Shown here: piece by piece, positions 1-11,465 of the stretch
How positions within the stretch are numbered: the first letter of the stretch is position 1
How the letters are laid out: every line of letters starts with the position of its first letter
Origin: Octopus sinensis
Lineage: Eukaryota
Assembly (NCBI RefSeq): GCF_006345805.1
Contig: NC_043010.1
Coordinates: 58,094,001 to 58,158,000 of the forward strand
DNA length: 64,000 nucleotides
Direction of reading: 5' to 3'
Notes under the pieces: model-generated
The model's input: only the letters and a program-made list of their open reading frames with translations
Told to the model about the DNA's origin: nothing
Databases searched by the model: none
Translations under genes and position numbers: made by a program

Positions 1-115
1 AGGCAAACTAAAGATGTTGCGCCCTCAAATCACATTAGAGTTGAGTTAGTACCAGTAATATGCTGGGTCCCAAACAATAAGCTTCTCCATAGCACTAACA
101 AAAATTAATTCTCTC

Positions 116-331
116 ATTCTACTCTTTTACTTGTTTCAGTCATTTGACTGTGGCCATGCTGGAGCACCACCTTTAGTTGAGCAAATCGACCCCAGGACTT
201 ATTCTTTGTAAGCCTAGTACTTATTCTATCAGTCTCTTTTGCTGAACTGCTAGATTACGGGGACGTAAACACACCAGCATTGGTTGTCAATTGATGTTGG
301 GGGGACAAGCACAGATACACAAACATATATG

Positions 332-375
<44 letters not shown>

Positions 376-546
376 TATATATGACAGGCTTCTTTCAGTT
401 TCCGTCTACCAAATCCACTCACAAGGCTTTGGTCGACCCAAGCCTATAGTAGAAAGCACTTGCCCAAGGTGCCACATAGTGGGACTGAACCCGGAACCAA
501 GTGGTTGATAAGCAAGTTACTTACCACACAGCCACTCCTACGCCTA
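116..546 (-). mobile_element. tRNA-derived CORE-type SINE (family A, resembling octopus OR-type SINEs)
   Basis: Minus strand reads A-box-like GTGGCTGTGTGG, B-box-like GGTTCAGTCCC, CORE-like GGCACCTTGGGCAAGTG, an internal (TA)n/(CA)n tract and tail CAGTCAAATGACTGAAACAAGTAAAAGAG. At least 8 homologous copies occur in the window. Confidence 0.85.
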
Positions 547-1700
547 TTCTGTTTCATGAATGAACGCCAATGCTGGCTTTTGGCATTGGTAGAAAACCAA
601 ACAGTTTGAGGTGAAAGGTAACATATAGTTTGATACTAGGCCCCACACCTTATCCTTAATTGCCTTTAGCAGGGTTTGCCTTGTTGGAAGCATGTGAATT
701 GGGCTTCTGGGTAAGGATAAGTTCTCCCTTGTACGCATACCTGTCTTGAAGTTTCTATAAAGAATCAAAGACCCCTGACCCATCTTGGAGAGGAACCACG
801 GGCCCTGCCCTTCATCATGCTAACTAAATCATTGGAAAAGAAATACACATTTTCAACTTTTACTTTTTCTATTGATTCCACCCCACAGGAAGGATAAAAA
901 GGGAAGATGCAGCCCTGGTTGGATAAAAGGGTATGAAAATTACTCACAGATTTAAATGATAAATAAGACATAACTAAATAACAGGCCCCTACATTTTTGC
1001 CATCATGTTGCCCTTAAAACAAAAATTCCTATTGATGTCTCTTACACATTATTGTTATAGTTGCTGCTGTTGTTTAGGCCGAGCAAAAGTGTTTCTGCTA
1101 CGATCATCCAGTCTGCTCTTAGATACAGTGTATCAAAGACTACACAATACAATGTGCCTTTTTATATAGATCTGAGGAAGATTTGGTTGTTGTTTCTAGA
1201 AGAGCAAGCAAGAAAATTGAGATGTTATTAACTCTTTAGGTTGCTCGTGTCTCTCATGATATTATAAGTGATCCCTAAGTTACAGAAAGGTTTTAGGTAT
1301 TGCTGCTCAGCTGCATTTCCATAATATGAAATCGATGTGAAATAATACACCCCTGGCAGAAGTCTTTCACAGGTGTAACAATAATAAATAACCCCTTTGA
1401 CATTTGTACATACTGAATTGATACAGAATAATTGCCAGCTATATAAATATTGTGAGGAGAGATTACAATCCACAAGGATTGGTAACCAGTCCATTTCAGA
1501 TAACATCTCCAACATAGGATTTCTCAGAGTGGCAGTGGTGTTTGAGGGGCTGTGGAACATTTTATATGGGTCCTGATGTCAAATGGAGCAGTAACTGGTG
1601 ATATATGCAGTTTTATTAGTATTCGTCTTCTTTAAGATTATTTTTTCAATATCATAATAAACTGTTACAACAACACCGTTCTATATTTAAGAGATGAGGA

Positions 1701-1835
1701 ATTATTTACATTATTTACATTATTTACATTATTTACATTATTTACATTATTTACATTATTTACATTATTTACATTATTTACATTATTTACATTATTTACA
1801 TTATTTACATTATTTACATTATTTACATTATTTAC
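1701..1835. repeat. (ATTATTTAC)x15 minisatellite, the expanded tail of the palindromic element
   Basis: 135 bp of perfect 9-mer repeats. The reverse complement GTAAATAAT recurs at the right end of the element (2295-2303). Confidence 0.95.
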
Positions 1836-2125
1836 TTGTCCTCATCTTGTTTGTTATTAACATGTTTCGGCTGATATACCCTACAGCCTTAGGCGTCTTG
1901 GGGAAATTTCGAACCTGGGTTCTCATTCCTTAGGTATTTTTTGATGTTATTATTATTATTATTATTCAGGTCACTGCCTGGAATCAAACTCGGTATCTTG
2001 GGATTAGTAATCCGTGCTCTTAACCACTATACCACAGGCATATGGCGTAGTGGTTAAGAGTGTGGGCTACTAATCCCAAGATACCGAGTTCGATTCCAGG
2101 CAGTGACATGAATAATAATAATAAT

Positions 2126-2164
<39 letters not shown>

Positions 2165-2215
2165 CAACATAAAAAAATACCTTAGGAATGAGAACCCAGG
2201 TAGAAATTTCCGCAA

Positions 2216-2258
2216 GACACCTGATGGAGGCTGGAAGGTATATCAGCCGAAACGTGTT
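2216..2258 (+). ncRNA. Degenerate hammerhead-ribozyme-like motif (minimal type I, Penelope-type)
   Basis: GACAC-CTGATG(G)-A-GGCTG-N10-CAGCC-GAAAC-GTGTT. Stem II GGCTG/CAGCC is perfect and GACAC can pair with GTGTT, but A9 is G and no NUH triplet is present. The mirror copy at 1864-1899 (-) lacks GATG from the core. Confidence 0.6.
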
Positions 2259-2337
2259 AACAGCAAACAAGATGAGGACAAATATCCATCAAATGTAAAT
2301 AATGTTACAACATAGTTATAATTGTAATCCTTTATCA

Positions 2338-2720
2338 CTTTTTTTACTTGTTTCCGTCATTAAACTGTGGCCATACTGGGGCACCTCCCTCAAGAATTTT
2401 AATGAAACAAATCAAACTCAGCACTTATCATTTTAAGGTTGGTACTTATCCTATTGGTTTCTTTTGCTGAACCACTAAGTTACGGGGACATAAACGCACC
2501 AACATCGGGTGTCAGGCAATGGTGGGGGAGAAACACTGACACAAAGATGTGACTGCACATACACACACACAAATATACATATATGCAAAGCTTCTTTCAG
2601 TCTCCATCTACCAAATCAACTCACAAGGCTTTGGTTGGCCCAAGGCTATAGTAGAAGACACTTGCCCAAGGTGCCATGCAGTGGAACTGAACCCAGAACC
2701 ATGTGGTTGGCAAGCAAACT
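2338..2720 (-). mobile_element. CORE-type SINE family A, 5'-truncated
   Basis: Homologous to 116-546 (CACTTGCCCAAGGTGCC, CTCACAAGGCTTTGG, GTTTCCGTCATT). Confidence 0.8.
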
Positions 2721-5288
2721 TTTTGATTTTTTTCTATTGATGGAAAACCAGGAAGTTTGAGGCAAAGGGCAATATTTACTTTAATTGACTCTTGCTCCCA
2801 CCTGATCCATGATTGCACATAGCAGGGTTTACCCTGTTGGAAGCATTTTAAACAGGTTTCCACTCTAAGGATATCTTCCTCCTCACCTGCTATCCTATAA
2901 GGGACCAAAGACCCTGTCTGTTCTGACTCCATATAATTGTAATAACAACAGTAAAAACAAGTATTAATGATATATTTTATAACAGTAATAATTACAGCAG
3001 CAACAACATCAACAATAATAAAAATGCGAATAACTAAATAAACAAAACTGACTATAATATACCAACAACTCTGTGGGTAAACAATAAACTTACAGACATT
3101 GTCAAAAATTCATGGGTTTTTCCATACATGCCATAAAGACAGCCACTGCATCTGTTGTGTTAAATAGTGTCTTGGCTTGTCTGTGTGCACGTGTATATGG
3201 ATTATATACGTGTGGTGTATTTCAATTTGCTGAATTAGAGTAGGAGGGAGAGGACTTTAAAAATTTGCTCAAAAAAGAAAGATAGCAAGAGTTAAGAGTA
3301 TTTTGAGAAATTTTACTCTAGCATCACTATCGTTTATTTGAATGAGAGATGATATACAGCGGCCATAAATAATAAAGCAAATATACCTCAGATCACACCC
3401 TACACTCTTAAAAAGAGAAGGACAATTTTTACCTTTTAACTTTTAAACAAGAACCTCAATAATGTTTCTCTTAATATTTAAAAATGGATTCTTATCAGAT
3501 GTAAATTGTAGGCTACATCTAAGTTCTGGAAATAATGCACATGCAGTCATTTCTTTTAAGGAGACAGTCAAAGACTCTTGCTATTTTCTATGAATCCAAT
3601 CAAGGCCAGGTATTGCAGATTGATTAATTATGCATACAGAAGTCTCCCAGACACCTTCTGATGGCCAAATTTCAATTACAAAGAATTGGTCAGCTTGATG
3701 CAATGACAGAAGATACTAGCCAAAAAGTGTCATGAAGTAAGGTTGAACTGGAAGCAACATGGTGATGTGGCGAGGGTCCTTAACCAAAAAGCCATTCCTT
3801 TGACCATGGGGGACAATACAGTCCATGATATTCAAAAAAGATGGAGAATCCTTTTGTTTATGTGTCATCTAAACCAGAGTTGACCAGGAGCTAAACAACA
3901 ACAGTAAAATGATGCATAATGGGTTGAAGCCTAAAACGCAGTCATGTGAGACAACACTTATCCTGGAGAAGACACTTGTCATTTAAAGGCTATGTTCACC
4001 ACACAAAATCTGTTATTCAGGTGAGATGTGATGATGTGTTTAACCCAGAGACACTGTAATGAGAAATAATGCTTTGGAGAGGAGACAATGGCCTCTGAGA
4101 AATACACTGTGATGAGAGGTTACTCTTCATTGGGATAGGACACCAGTCTTTCAGATAGACTCTATGATGAAAAATAATTCTTCCCCTGGATGAACTGTCA
4201 GACTCTCTCACATCTAAGATTCCCCAGGGTTGAAAATTTCCCCAAGTAAACCATTACAATTCATCACATTAAGCTAGTGATGAAATTGTGGCAATCATCC
4301 AGTTGTGTTTGATGGAGGTGGGGGACAGTTGAGTTAAGTGCAATGGATTAGAGGGGATCAATGTAGGTGTATCGATTGATTATTATTATTAAAGTAATTA
4401 AATCAACAAAACTTCACCCCACACCCAGTTTATAACTGGTATTTGTAGTTTCTGAACAATGCTGCCGGAAACACAGTATGTCAGTGTGTGTGTGTGTAGT
4501 GATTCCGCTTGAGATCAGCAGATGAGGAAATGAGATGGTGGCAGGCATTTCGAATGGTAGCTCTGCTATTGTGGTGATTGCTTGCCTCCAGAATATTGTA
4601 TGGGAGGATCTAATTGTGTTACCATTGTCTGATGAAAGGAACTCAAGTGACAATACAGAACAGCTTTGATGTCAATCAATAAGCTTCACAATGGATTAAC
4701 ACACGCACACATATACACTCCTGCATGCGCATATGAATGTATGTATATGTGCGTGTGTGTATATACATATATATATATATAGACAATAGTACATTATAAA
4801 GATGTATTTGTTCCTCTGTGTGTGTGTGTATTTCAAGCAGGCAAACAATGATGGGAGATGGTTTATATAAAGGAGAAGTAGATAGGAAGTTGAATAGATA
4901 AAGAGATAGATAGACAGGTACACACACACACAAACATATATACATACATATATGTGTGTGTGTGTGTGTGTCTATTATTGATAGACAATAACCTTGAGAA
5001 ATAAAATACACATGCTAAGAGATGAGTTTGTATTTTATGAAATCATTCTTTCATTCTTGGCTCTTTGCCTGTCTGTCTGCACGCCTCATCACCCTCTCAC
5101 CCTCCTCTCCCTAATCTTGCCCCTGCCCTCCTTATTTACCCCCACTGCTTCCCCTAGTTCATACATCCTCCTCCTCCCCCTGATAATGTTCTTAACTCTA
5201 CTTGGTGCCAGATGCAAGGACTGCTTGGACATCAGCTGAACTGTTTCAGCGTCCTTGCCGTAGCCTAGTTCCATGTTTCTGCCCCACC

Positions 5289-5580
5289 CTATTGGCCATG
5301 ATGACGAGGGTTGTTGATCCGATCAATGGAACAGCCCGCTCATGAAATTAACATGCAAGTGGTTGAGCACTCCATGGACATCCGTAACCTCAACATAGTT
5401 CTCAGGGAGATTTGTCATGACACAGAACGGCCCCAGTGAATTACAGGTACAATGCATTTTACCAGCTGAGTGGATTAGAGCAACATGTACTTAAGTGTCT
5501 TGTTCAAGGATGCATCACACTGCTGGGAATTTTACTCACAGCTTCATGACTGTAGGCCAAATACCTAAACCATTATGCCA
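5289..5580 (-). mobile_element. tRNA-derived SINE family C (CORE-like TCCTTGAGCAAGACACTT)
   Basis: Reverse complement aligns with the + copy at 45412-45745 (CCACTCAGCTGG, CTCCCTGAGAACT, GCTGTTCCATTGATC). Confidence 0.7.
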
Positions 5581-6364
5581 CATGCCTTCACACTGACTTC
5601 ATGTTGGGATAACACCCAGCTAGAGAAGCTGGATGTGATCTTCAACTATAAAATGACATCTCTGCAATATATGATCTACAGAAATGTTTACTGCATCATA
5701 GACTTCATGGCACCACACAACGTCACACTGCAATGTGGCTGTGGGCAAAGAGAAACAACAGAAGGGGCTGGAAACGAAATACTGCTACTAAACAGAGAAC
5801 AGTTGCAGAAAAACCCAGTTTGAAACAGATCCACAGTGCAAGATCTTTTGGTTGCCCAACAACCTCAACAAATGATCTGTTTGTAAGGACCAAATATATG
5901 TGCTGTACAATAGCTGACTCCCTCTATCAAATTGACATTACCTGAACAGGTGGATGGTGAGCCACATGTCAGGTGTCAAAGTGACTGTGGAGAGCAACAT
6001 GAGATGAAGTATTTTGCTCAAGAACACAATACATCAGTCAGTCCAAGAATTGAAACCCTCATCTTATAATTATGAACACAACACTTTAACCACCAGGCCA
6101 TGCACCTACACCAGGCACTGTGCTAAGTTGTTTACCTTTCCTCATTACATTACACCAAAGCAACACTGCATGGGATGCTTTCTTTGTTAAAGTAATCATT
6201 TTTACAATTCGTTAACTCCACCTTCCTACCTGTAACCACTGAACCATGAAATAGGGAGTGTTTCAAACAAGTTCCACCACTCCCTGCTTCATGGTTTAGT
6301 CAAGCAAAATAGGGTCAGGCAATAAGATGTGATTGGATCAGGGACCACACAGTACAATGTTTAA

Positions 6365-6572
6365 CCCTTTAGCTACATTCAACCCAAATATTCTACCAGT
6401 TTTATGTTCAAACTGGCCAAATCTAACTTCTCACACCTATCCTACAATGTCATTCTAAAAATAAGCAATCACATCATTGAAACCTCCATACTACAAGACA
6501 ATGCATGATCAGTTCAAATCAGTGTGAATAAATAAGCATTAAATTTGCCTGAGAAATCCGAATGCTGAAGGG
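6365..6572. mobile_element. piggyBac-type MITE
   Basis: TTAA-CCCTTTAGC ... GCTGAAGGG-T-TTAA. The internal sequence matches 50006-50182 in the opposite orientation. Confidence 0.65.
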
Positions 6573-7018
6573 TTTAAGTAAGATTTGAACCTAGGACCAT
6601 TGTTATCAGCCAGGGTGACATCACCACTTGACATTCCTTCAACATTTTCACACAAACAACAAATGTTATAACTGGCAATTTATCTACTTTTCACATCAAA
6701 CAAACTTACCAGACACTTTCACAACGTACTCCTACAGACTAGGCCAATCTTGGTTCCATAAACCCCCACCATCTCCTTTAGATACTAGACCTTACTCCCT
6801 GCAGTCAGTCACCCTTCAACTTACCATTGTACTCTATTGGCAGCGAGACACTTTGGTACCTTTCCATGTTCTGCAGAACATGGTAAGGTACCAATCAAAG
6901 CACAGGACTCAATCAATGTTCAAGACTCACACGATCGGTTAGATGACCAATCATTAGAGTTTAATGAGCTGAGCCTATAAAAGGCTGATTGTCTTCGATG
7001 TGCCATAATAGAAATTGG

Positions 7019-7235
7019 TAAGGTGGCAAGCTGGCAGTAACGTTAGCATACTGGGCAAAATACTCTGCGGTATTTTGTCTGTCTTTATGTTCTGAGTTCA
7101 AATTCCGCCAAGGTTAACTTTGCCTTTCATCCTTTCGGGGTCGATAAATTAAGTACCAGTTGCATACTGGAGTCGATCTAATTGACTGGCCCCATCACCC
7201 AAAATTTCAGGCCTTGTGCCTAGAGTAGAAAAAAA
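7019..7235 (+). mobile_element. tRNA-derived SINE family B (central domain resembling Meta/MESC core)
   Basis: AAGGTGGCAAGCTGGCAG head, GAGTTCAAATTCC B box, CTTTGCCTTTCATCCTTTCGGGGTCGATAAATTAAGTACCAG core. Many copies in the window. Confidence 0.8.
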
Positions 7236-7259
7236 AAGAAAAATTGGTCATGCTACATA

Positions 7260-8066
7260 CGAAGGGGTACCCAAAAGAAACCGGAATTTTGCAATATTAT
7301 TTTATTCACTTAGTTTTTCATGTTTATGCTTTTATCGCCTTCAAAATATTTTTCACTTGAAACAATGCATCAGTCCAGATGTGTTTTCCACTGTTCAAAG
7401 CAGCTCTGGAACTCTTGCAAAGTGATGCCTTTTAACGCCTTCATCGTTTTTTTTTTATTCACCTCTTCCACTTCTGCAAATCCCGTAGCACCAGCTTTCA
7501 TCACCAGTGAGGACCTTCGAAAATAGGTCTGGCTCAATTTCCAGCTGTTCTTTCAGTTCACAACATGCACTCAGTCACTGCTGCCTTTGATCTTCCGTGA
7601 GCAAACAAGGCACAAATTTGGCTTCAGGACACACCAACTTTGTCAATTGTTCAGTGATGGCTCTCCAAGATCATTTCGTGAATTTTCATGATATTGTTAT
7701 TCGTTCGGGAAGTCAACGGTTGCCCTGAACGAGGTTGGTCTTCAAGTGACGAATGACCATTCCTAAACAGTGGAAACCACTCGTAAACTTGTGTTTTGCT
7801 CATGGTAGCATCCTTGTAAGCTGTTTGAAGCATATCAACTGTTTCAGCCACCGTTTTCCCCAATAGAAAACAGAATTTCATGGAAGTTCCATCATGTCAG
7901 CCATTGCAAAAACTGACGAACTACAAAACAAATACACACCACGTGGCCGTACCACTTCACCCGACAACACTGATCAGTAGACTGATACCTGAGGGGTGGA
8001 AACCTGAAGGACAGCAGGCTTGTCCCACAGAGAAGGGTTCTGGTTACTTTTGGGTACTTAAATTCA
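7260..8066 (-). mobile_element. Non-autonomous mariner (Tc1/mariner) with internal deletion
   Basis: TA-CGAAGGGGTACCCAAAAGAAACCGGAA terminal repeat at left and a degraded copy at right. Minus-strand ORF 7651-7881 reads KFCFLLGKTVAETVDMLQTAYKDATMSKTQVYEWF...EDQPRSGQP (mariner N-terminal HTH). Confidence 0.85.
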
Positions 8067-8274
8067 TAATGATATTGGTGTTGACAATGATGATGGCGAG
8101 GATGATAGTGGTAGTGATAATAATGCTCAGGTCCCACAAGTGCTGTAGAGGTCACATATGTTCCCCTCCTCCACCAGAACTATTTTCTTTTGCTGTCCCC
8201 CCCCAAAACTTTTTCAAAAAACCAAAATGACTAGCTTAAAAGGAGAGAGTTGCAAGCACAGATGTTAACCTAAC

Positions 8275-10100
8275 AGTCTGCTAACTAACCTGCTACCCAA
8301 CCAGCCATACTATTACTACTTTTTTTCTGTGTCCCTTTCTGTAGAAGAGCATAGGCATGTATAGGAAGACTCCCCTGGATGTCCAAGACACCAGATCTCC
8401 CGTGCCTGGCAGAGGCCCCTCAGAGGCAATAGAGAGGACCAGACTCCTCCCAGTCATAATCCTTTTACTAGTTGAAATATGCAATGTGCTTGCAAACACA
8501 AGTGGTCTGTCGATATGAGCAAAAAGGCAATTAAGTGCCAGGAACAAGCCTTGCTAGACAAGAACAATGGCAAATGTAAAGCTGTGAGGAAAAGATCATT
8601 AGAACTTTGGAACCAGCTGTTCCAGATTACAGAAAATGGGTTCATGAATCAGATAAGAATGACTTGGAATAAAGGCTTTCTTAATGAGGCCCAGATTCAG
8701 ACGATCAGGAAAAGCCTCTGCAGTGGGGATAATCGTGAGGAGAATAACATAGGTGAAGATCAGCAAATGAGTAAGCAAGCTGAAGTTGTAGTAGGGAAGG
8801 GGCCAGCTAATCAATATAATGGGGAGTACCCTGTATTATGACTGGGGAACAGAGAGACCTGATGATATGACTCGAGGATACAACATTTACAAGAACAGAG
8901 ACAAAACCAGTGAATCTGAGACGCTTTGACCGTGACAATGTGAAACGTGCAACCCAAAAGGTTGATGGGATCCTGAAGTACATTCCAACAAAAGATCGGA
9001 AAAAAAAGGGACTTGACCAGATCCACTTCAGTTTTAGTAGGCAGACTGGTTGGAAAGAAAGAGGAGGAAGCAGATGGAGAGAAGAAGCCAGAGTGGAAGC
9101 AGACAATTGAAGACAATATTAAAAAGATAAAAATCTGAGTCACATAGAAGAATGGTCCAAAGGGCAATGGAGACATACTAAAGAAGATGGGAGGGAAACG
9201 AAATAGCAAATAGAAAAGAAAGGATTAAAAACTGCTATCCAGACCCTAAAATGTGTGTGTGTGGGGGGGGGAACATTAAAGGTGCAACTCTGCACTGATT
9301 GTATATTGCAGTCCCAGCAAAACAAGTTCTTCACAAATAAGCAGAAGCAGTTTCCTTTAAAGGGCTTAGGTGGTGGAGACACAGTAGATAAAATACCCCC
9401 TGAAGTAGAGGAAACCCGTCAATTTTGGAATAATATCTGGGGGCAAGAGGTTTCCTACAACAATGGTGCTGAGTGGATCCAAACTCCATTGCCCTGAGGC
9501 TTCATGACAGGACCATGTATGCATAACAACAGACAATGTAATTAGACGGGTATCAAAACTGCCAAACTGGAGAGCAGCAAGACCAGATGGAATCCAAGGC
9601 TGTTGGCTCAAGTGGTTTAGCTCAACATGTAAATGAATTGCATTGCAATTCGACAATTGCCAACAGAGTGGTGCAGTTCTGGAATGGATTGTAGAGAGGA
9701 GGACAAAATTGTTAATGAAAGATTAGTTAAAGGGCAATGAGGTTGCTAATTACTGACCCATTACTTGCCTTAACCTTTTATGGAAATGGCAAATAGGCAT
9801 CTTTGCAGGGAAAATATATTCATTCCTTGTGGAAAACAATCTATTTTGAGTAGAACAAAAGGGATGCTGCAAAGGATCCAAGGGCACCAAGGACCACTTT
9901 GTGCACTCAACTATCAACATGGCTCAAAAAGATTGGTACAAATGTAAGGATAGAACACCTACAAAAGTCAGCATTATTTGAGAACTGCAAGAATTCTTCA
10001 CAGGGTTCTTGAAGAATGACCATTAAGCAAGTGTCACCCTAGTCTGCTGGCGGTGGACAGCTGACACTTTCCATCAAACCCAACAAAATAAGCTGTGAGT
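8275..10100 (+). mobile_element. R4/Dong-clade non-LTR retrotransposon, decayed and internally deleted
   Basis: Translated remnants: QQNKFFTNKQKQF, PEVEETRQFWNNIW, KLPNWRAARPDGIQGCWLK, NY*PITCLNLLWK, EQKGCCKGSKGTKDH, then directly IGTNVRIEHLQKSAL(L)RTARILHRVLEE*, a 3' UTR and a (TAA)n tail. Confidence 0.8.
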
Positions 10101-10336
10101 TTGCATCAAATAATAATAATGGTTTCAAATTTTGCCACAAGGGCAGCCTTTTTTGGGATGGGGATGTGTCGATTACATTGATCCCAGTGTTCAACTGGTA
10201 TTTAATTTATTGACCCTGAAAGGATGAAAGGCAAAATCGACCATGGTGGAATTTGAACTCAGAATGTAGCAGCAGATAAAATACTGCTAAGCATTTCGCC
10301 TGGTATGCAAACAATTCTGCCAGTCTACCACCTTAA
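10101..10336 (-). mobile_element. SINE family B
   Basis: Reverse complement of the 7019-7235 type (GAAAGGATGAAAGGCAAA, AATTTGAACTCAGAA); lies between (AAT)n tracts. Confidence 0.8.
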
Positions 10337-10349
10337 ATAATAATAATAG

Positions 10350-10560
10350 TAATCCTTTCTACTATAGGCACAAAGCCAGAAATTTGTGGGGAAGGGGTAA
10401 GTTGATTGTATCAACCCCAGTACTTGACAGGTACTTAATTTATCGACCCTGAAAGGCAAAGTCGACCTCAGCAGAATTTGAACTCAGAATGTAAGGATGG
10501 ATGAAATACCACTAAGAATTTTGCCCATTGTGCTAACCATTCTGCAAGTTTACTGCCTTA
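10350..10560 (-). mobile_element. SINE family B
   Basis: Second adjacent copy (GTACTTAATTTATCGACCC, GGCAAAGTCGACCTC, AATTTGAACTCAGAA); lies between (AAT)n tracts. Confidence 0.8.
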
Positions 10561-10598
10561 ATAATGATAATAATAATGATAATAATAATAATAATAAT

Positions 10599-11222
10599 TA
10601 GCAAACAAGCTGATTTCAAACAGAAACACACGCATCAGTGGTTACGAAGCTCAGGGCTAAAAGCAGAGAGTGAAGGTTTCATATTAGCTGCTGAAGACCA
10701 AAGCTTATTAACCCGGAACTACCAAGCCAATGTGATAAAAATTGGAGCTGACCCAAAATGCCAGTTCTGTAACAATGAGATTGAAACTATAGACCACCTA
10801 ATCTCAGGGTGTAAAGTCTTAGCACCTGTAGAATATAAAGCAAGACATGACAGAGTCGGCCAGTATTTACACTATACAATATGTTGGCATTATAAAATTG
10901 AAACGGCAGACAAATGGTATAAACACCATCCTGAAGCTGTGACTGAGGGAGAAAATGTATCGATTCTCTAGGATTTCCCCGTACATACTGACAAAACTAT
11001 AAATGCTAATAAACCGGGTATTATTATAAAAGATCAGACAAAAAAGGTGTGTTTATTAATTGACATGAGTATTCCTTACGATCACAAAATAGAGGCGAAA
11101 GAATTTGACAAGATTAGTAAATATAAAGACTTGCTAGTAGAAATTGAAAAACTGAGGCATCTCAAGGCGACTACAGTACCAGTGATTGTAGGATCTCTAA
11201 GAATGATTAAAAAAGGTACTGA
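10599..11222 (+). pseudogene. R4/Dong-type LINE C-terminal fragment: CCHC knuckle + restriction-like endonuclease (REL)
   Basis: ORFs 10564-10971 and 11047-11310: WLRSSGLKAESEGFILAAEDQSL, CQFC..ETIDHLISGC, RHD, WYKHHPE, *DF, KP(G), LIDMSIP, KYKDL, PVIVGSL. Starts immediately after (ATA)n. Confidence 0.9.
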
Positions 11223-11465
11223 AACCAGGCTTACCATCCCTACAGGAAGCAAAAAAATCGTGAGCATTATCGGTGTGAAAACAACATCCATTCATGAATT
11301 TATTTATTAATTTTTTTAAATACATATTTTGCCTGTGAATTTGCATGTGTAATCTGGGAATGCATACAATGAGTTTCTCTGCCCAGGTGTACGGAAAACA
11401 CTCAGCGAGAAATGAAAGGAAATTTGAAGAAAGAAGGAAAATAAACAATAATAATAATAATAATA

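Larger units (their letters stand above)
1701..2305. mobile_element. Head-to-head palindromic non-coding element; each arm = tRNA-like head + (TAA)n + hammerhead-like core + GTAAATAAT tail
   Basis: 1836-2034 is the reverse complement of 2043-2290. A box TGGCGTAGTGG at 2043-2053, B box AGTTCGATTCC at 2087-2097, mirrored at 2021-2034 and 1980-1991. Confidence 0.85.

Noticed and set aside
1701-1835. CRISPR array or telomeric tract
   Set aside because: No spacers and a eukaryotic context; the 9-mer is not TTAGGG and is the tail of the adjacent element.
2038-2110. Genuine tRNA gene
   Set aside because: A and B boxes are present, but the acceptor and anticodon stems do not pair, the anticodon position reads ACT, and it is one arm of a repeat; treated as a SINE-type head.
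11370-11410. Hammerhead-like CTGAGTG..GAGAAAC on the minus strand
   Set aside because: The core does not fit CUGANGA and there is no stem II.
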